NCBI GenBank assembly: GCA_001643675.2
Contig: LSRY02000029.1
Coordinates: 186,001-250,000, forward strand
Direction of reading: 5' to 3'
Length of the DNA: 64,000 bases
DNA from: Monocercomonoides exilis PA203
Lineage: Eukaryota > Protista > Preaxostyla
How positions within the stretch are numbered: position 1 is the stretch's first letter; the number at the start of each line of letters is the position of its first letter. The notes below the pieces were generated by a model that searched no databases, was not told the origin of the DNA, and saw only the letters and a list, made by a program, of their open reading frames with translations. Made by a program: the position numbers and the translations under genes. This document shows positions 58,938-64,000 of this stretch, one piece after another.

Positions 58938-61900
58938 ATGATTCCTCATGCGTGCGACAGTTGCAGGAAAAAGTATGAACTCAAATTTTGTTGTTTGTTA
59001 GATATACAAAATAATTGTCTTTTGCCTAAACTCACAGAAAAATAAAATGCGATGGGTGTGACATTAATTTTTTATTCTCTATAATAAAAAATTTTTTCTT
59101 GTAGCAATTCTCCATGCTATAATTGCGTTTCTAGGGGGTTGGAATGTACCTATAAATTACCAACAAAAAAGAGAGGGGGATCAAATAGAAGTTTGTAAAA
59201 AATTTATGATTTCTCTTCAAAGAATAATTTATTTGCTTCTTCATTTCGTAGCTATCCCTGTTAAAGTCGCAGCTCATTCTCGGGCCAAGAGTTCTTTACC
59301 TCCATTTGTTGTTCCTCCTGTGGCAAAGCCATTTGTGGTGAATCCAATTGTTTTTCCTCAAATTCCAACACCTTTTCATCATTCATCTTCGTTACCGCCA
59401 CCTCCAACACCTTTGAAATCAACTAATGCACCTTTTTCTGTAGTTGGATTTCCAGTTCTCCCGCCGCAAACTGTTTTTGCAAAAGAAACAAATCAGTTGA
59501 AGCCTTTTCCTCTTTCCGCTCCTTCATCCATTCAACAAAATGCTCCTTCGACAAATAAACCACTCGTAACGTTTTCATCTTCCTCCAATGATGCAAATCA
59601 AGCTTCTCCTGTGAAGATCCAATCATTATCAAAATTTGTTACATCCAGCACTTCGACTTCAATGCCATTCCCTTCTTCACCACCAAAGGATACTCCATCT
59701 GAAACAAAAAGCTCGAAGAACACAGAGGAACAAAAACAGGTTGAAGTCAGATTCAATGGAATAGACTTTGACAAAGTGAAGGTCAAAGGCAAAGGCACTT
59801 CCAAAGGAAAAAGTCCAGGGAAAGGCAAAGGGAAAGGGAAAGGTAGTGCTTCATCAGTTCATTATGGACACGGCAAGTCATCCCACCCGCACATTCTCTC
59901 GATGGTCCCTCTCCAGCCGTACCCGCAGCCGCCCACTGGCTTTTCGCGGATGAACATCCCGTTTCTGGCGATTGGGCCGAACAAGCTGCTTTACCTGGAG
60001 ATCTATCGGAGATATGTCAATCCATATGTCAATTTCCACGGAGGCGATATTTCCTTCTTTGCTGTATTTCCGTTTAACCCGGTGGAGGTTCTGCTGCAGC
60101 TGAAGCGCAAGAAGAGAGAGAAAGCACGCTTGAAACATCGTTCTTCAACTTTAAAAGAATCTTCTTCTTCGTCATCATCATCCTCCTCCTCCTCATCATC
60201 TTCTTCTTCTTCTTCCTCCTCCTCCTCATCATCATCATCATCTGCTTCTTCTCCCTCTTCCTCCTCCTCTTCTTCCTCCTCCTATTACGAAGCACACACC
60301 TCCTTCACCCGGATGGAGCATCTTGTCCTGCACTATCTGGATGCACTGCATGTGCAGTTTTACACCATCATCGCCATTGCCGCTGCTATGATCGAGCACA
60401 ACCACACGGCTGCTGTGAGCATCCGGCAGGCCCGAATGATTGCAGCTGTGCTGGGCGATGTGACAGGAAACATTCGCGATAAGAAGAAGAACCTGATTGA
60501 CAAAGTGGGTGCGACAATGTCGGTGATACGCGATATCTCAGCGGCGGTGGTGGAGAAGTTGGACAAGGCGGTGACTGCAGGAGAATTGAAGACGAAGCAG
60601 GAAGAGGAGCAGAAAAGAAAGGAGGAGAAGGGAAAGGAAGAGAAAGGAGAAGCGGAAATCAAAAAGCAGGATACTGATTGCTTGGAGAGTTTTAGGGGAA
60701 GCAAATCAGCAGAAGTTTCTGATGTTTCAAAGAAATCGTCCACTCCAAATGATTCCTTGAATGCAAATGCTTCTTCTCAAAGTATCAAAGTCAAAGTCAG
60801 TGACACAAACATTGACTCCTCCAAAAGCACTGCCAAAGACACAGCCAACAGCACTGCCTCTCAGCAGTCATCCAGCAGCCGTGTACGCTTGCAGCTATTC
60901 AAAGGGATTGTGATGCACCCTGTTCTCTATTCTCTCCTTTCTTCATTTCTGAACTGCTACTGCATCGCAAACAACATGGCGCCCACGCCGTGCGAGCTGA
61001 TGGAGGACTGCTTTGTGATTGAGTATCTGCGCGGTATGCTGCTCCTCTCCTGCTTCTTTGTGGGGAGGCAGCACCGCCGTAGCGCCTTGATGATGAAGCA
61101 CACATTAGAGCAGTTCGAGCACACATCCACACTCGACCTCTTCTTCTCTGAGTACAGCCCGTTCCACCACATCACGCTGCATCCGGAGATCAACATGTGC
61201 AGAACCAACGCGGAGAGTATGATGCAGTCCATGCGGACGCTTTCCACTGCCCTCCGTCAATTCGCACACTCGCAGCTTTCAGGCACGCAGCCACCAAACC
61301 CTTCTGCCTTTTTTGAGCAAAAACATCAACACAAAGAAGACAATCTGCTGGCAGACGAAGAGTCGATTGGCCGGATCTTCGGTGCGATTGGTGAGTGCAT
61401 CCAGGCAGAGTCTGATCCGCAGCTGAAGGAGACCATCCAGCTGAAGAAGTACCGCTCTGTACAGACTCCCTTACGCATCTTTGCGAAGACTGACTCTGCT
61501 TTAAGGATCCTCCATCACATCTACCGCAATCTGGTGATGTTCCGGTGTCCGAAATGCTTTGCGACAAAGGATTTGAAGGAGAAGTACATAAAAGCTTCTT
61601 GTGGCTTTTCTTCTTCTTCCTATTCTTCCTCTTCATCTTCTCCAACTACCCCAAAATCCAAGCCAGTGATGATCTTCCACACGACCATCGCAAGCCGTGC
61701 ATGCTCTCCCTTGTTTGCCACAAAAGTGGACACAAACATACTCCGCCCACTGCTTAGCACTTACATGCAGACACTTGAATACCCATTACGCACATTCTAC
61801 GCAGACATCTTCCGCATTACTGTTCCTGAAAGGGAGCGGCTTTTAGAAGAGGTTGAGGAAGAGACAATGAAAGAGGCAGGTAAGAATAGAAATGGAAGTG

Positions 61901-64000
61901 GAAGTGGAAGCGAAAGTGAAAGTTTCAATGATTGCAGAAGCAGAAGCAATTCAAATGACAGCAATCTTAACAATGACAATGAGGACAATAAAAGCAGCAG
62001 CGCCAGCGTCTTATTTGACAGCAGCTGCAGAGGCAGCTGCAACCGCTCTATCTCCCAATCTTTCTGCCAGAACACGTCAGCGCTGCTAATGATAGCCGAG
62101 GCGGCGTCTGTCTCGTCCATCATCCGCTCGCTCAAAGAGAACATCAGCCACAAGGAGTTCCAGGACTATGCGACATTTGTGGCGCAGGGCATTGGCTCGA
62201 CCGAAGCGTCAAGGCCTCATTCAACACAATATTCTATGAGTGATGCAAGCAACTCGACAACAGCAACAACAACAATTGAACAATCAAAGAAAACAGAAGG
62301 TAGTTCTAATGCAACATCAACTTCTTCTTCTTCTTCTTCTTCTTCTTCTGAACAATTCTCGGCACAGGAAATCAGCCCACAACGCCCTCTCCGCACGTGG
62401 CTTTCCATGTTTGTGTCCACCGTAGAGATGAAGGGGAGTGCTTTGAAAGCTGTTCTTTCCGGCTCGTTCTCTGAAATCTCCCCGACTCGCATCGTATCTC
62501 CGCAGCAGGCGCTGTTTGAGAAGATGATTGTGTTTGTGCACAGGCTGACGACGACCACACCGAAAAAAATGAAAGAGTACATCACAACACTCCTATTGGC
62601 CAATTTTGTCGCGAACAACATTTCTTCTCACTGTGACATTGCATCTCAGACTTCCCTGCTGAAACAGCTGAAACATCTGACTCCAACAAAGACACATGCG
62701 GCTGATCCGAGCAAGTTTGAGCTGGAGTCAACGCTTGCCTCGCTGGATGCAGCAGACATCACACACTCCTTCGCCTGCAGCCCCACTGGCAGCCTTTCCA
62801 TCCGTACGTATCTCTCCTTGCACAGCACAATGTTCCTGGTTACAGCTCTCTTCCCTGTCTCGTTCTTCATCATGCGCCCGTTCTCGAAAGCAGACTTCTT
62901 CCCGTTCCACTGCACCCCCTTTCCTGCGGAGCATCTGCATGCGGTTGTGCGCTCGTTGAACACCACGTTTGGGCTGCTGATTGCAGCTGGCGCGCAAACA
63001 CTGGAGCCAATTCTGACGCTGCACGAAGTATCAAGGGTGAATCGTGATCCGTTTGTTACGTGTGCAATCTCGGATTTTGGAAGGCGTTGCGACAATTTGC
63101 AAGAAAAGGCGGTGAACGAATCGAATGATGAAACAGAAAACAAAGCCAATGATGATGGTAAGCAAAAGGATGATTCTGTTCCATCGACCCATCCGTCTAC
63201 AGCAAGTGCAACGTCACCACTAACAATTTCGCAAACGCAGGAACTTCCAAAAACTGCATCATCAAATCCATTTTTGGACTTTATTCCTCCTCGCCCCACG
63301 CAATATTTCCCAGCATCATCTGAGTCGTCAGCAAATCCCAATGAAAACACCAAAAACACTTTGTCTTGCTGGTTTCTCGATCTGTCAAAGATCCATCCAG
63401 ATCTCTTTTCTGAGCAGAAAGCGCGCGAAACACTGTGCGAAATGGCGAAGAAACGAGGAAATTTCGTGTGCAAATGCGGAGAAGAGCTGACACACAACAA
63501 AAATGTGGATTTGACCTGTCTTCTGTCGACAATCATTCCTCCACCGTTCATCCAATTTGGGACAAAACAGACGCAAGATATCGAAAGCCCACTGAACAAG
63601 ACGAGTTTTTTTGATCTGAGCAAGGCAAAACAAGAGCACTGGACTCCTAACGCTGCTACGCCACTGGACATGGTGAATGCTATTGTGCATCCTTCGCTTT
63701 CGTCGCTTGTGTGTCAGAGAGAAAAAAGCAATGGAAAAGAAAAAGACACTCAAAACGGATCGAATGCAGCAAAGGAAAGAAACAAGAACAGCGACAGACA
63801 GAAGAGAGACGACGGAGTGCAGTTCCCAACGATGCTCCGTTTTCCTCTCCAGTTCCTCCACAATGTTGTGCGGTTTGTGCAAGAAAACCCATTCGATCCT
63901 TCCTCTTCCTCTTCCTCTTCCTCCTCAGCATTTGCATCTGCATCTTCAACAACATCAGCTCAGCCTCCTTCAACATCAAATGAGATTAATTTTTTGTCCT
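58938..64000 (+). CDS. Zn(II)2Cys6 (GAL4-type) binuclear-cluster transcription factor, runs off the window
   Basis: Exons 58938-58972, 59038-59055, 59105-59190, 59252->64000 give [42 protein letters not shown]; the exon 4 frame appears open to the window end, which explains its absence from the ORF track. Confidence 0.9.

Overview
Eukaryotic, intron-rich, AT-rich genomic DNA in the standard genetic code (TAA, TAG and TGA all act as stops). Gene families, Ser-rich low-complexity inserts and GT(T/A/G)TG splice donors best fit an oxymonad/metamonad protist (Monocercomonoides-like; inference). By joining GT/GC-AG exons by hand in consistent phase I reconstruct about 14 genes plus pseudogenes: a giant beta-helix receptor pseudokinase, a GT32/Caps_synth glycosyltransferase, a 10-exon N-terminal pseudokinase protein, a disordered protein, MYCBP, DCAF4-like, a UIM-WGR-PARP, calreticulin, FAM228-like, SMC5, an intact and a dead copy of a multicopy helical family, and a TSNAXIP1_N protein. 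Highlights: (1) a fungal-type Zn(II)2Cys6 (GAL4-like) transcription factor whose DNA-binding cluster is split over three tiny exons at 58938-59190 and is invisible to the ORF track; (2) six TA-associated foldback/MITE elements from four families in 1287-3751, just upstream of the receptor gene; (3) a Pmp-like repeat cassette in that receptor bracketed by nearly G-free tracts; (4) a UIM-fused PARP with a non-canonical H-F-E triad. All family calls are motif recognition by eye; no searches were run.
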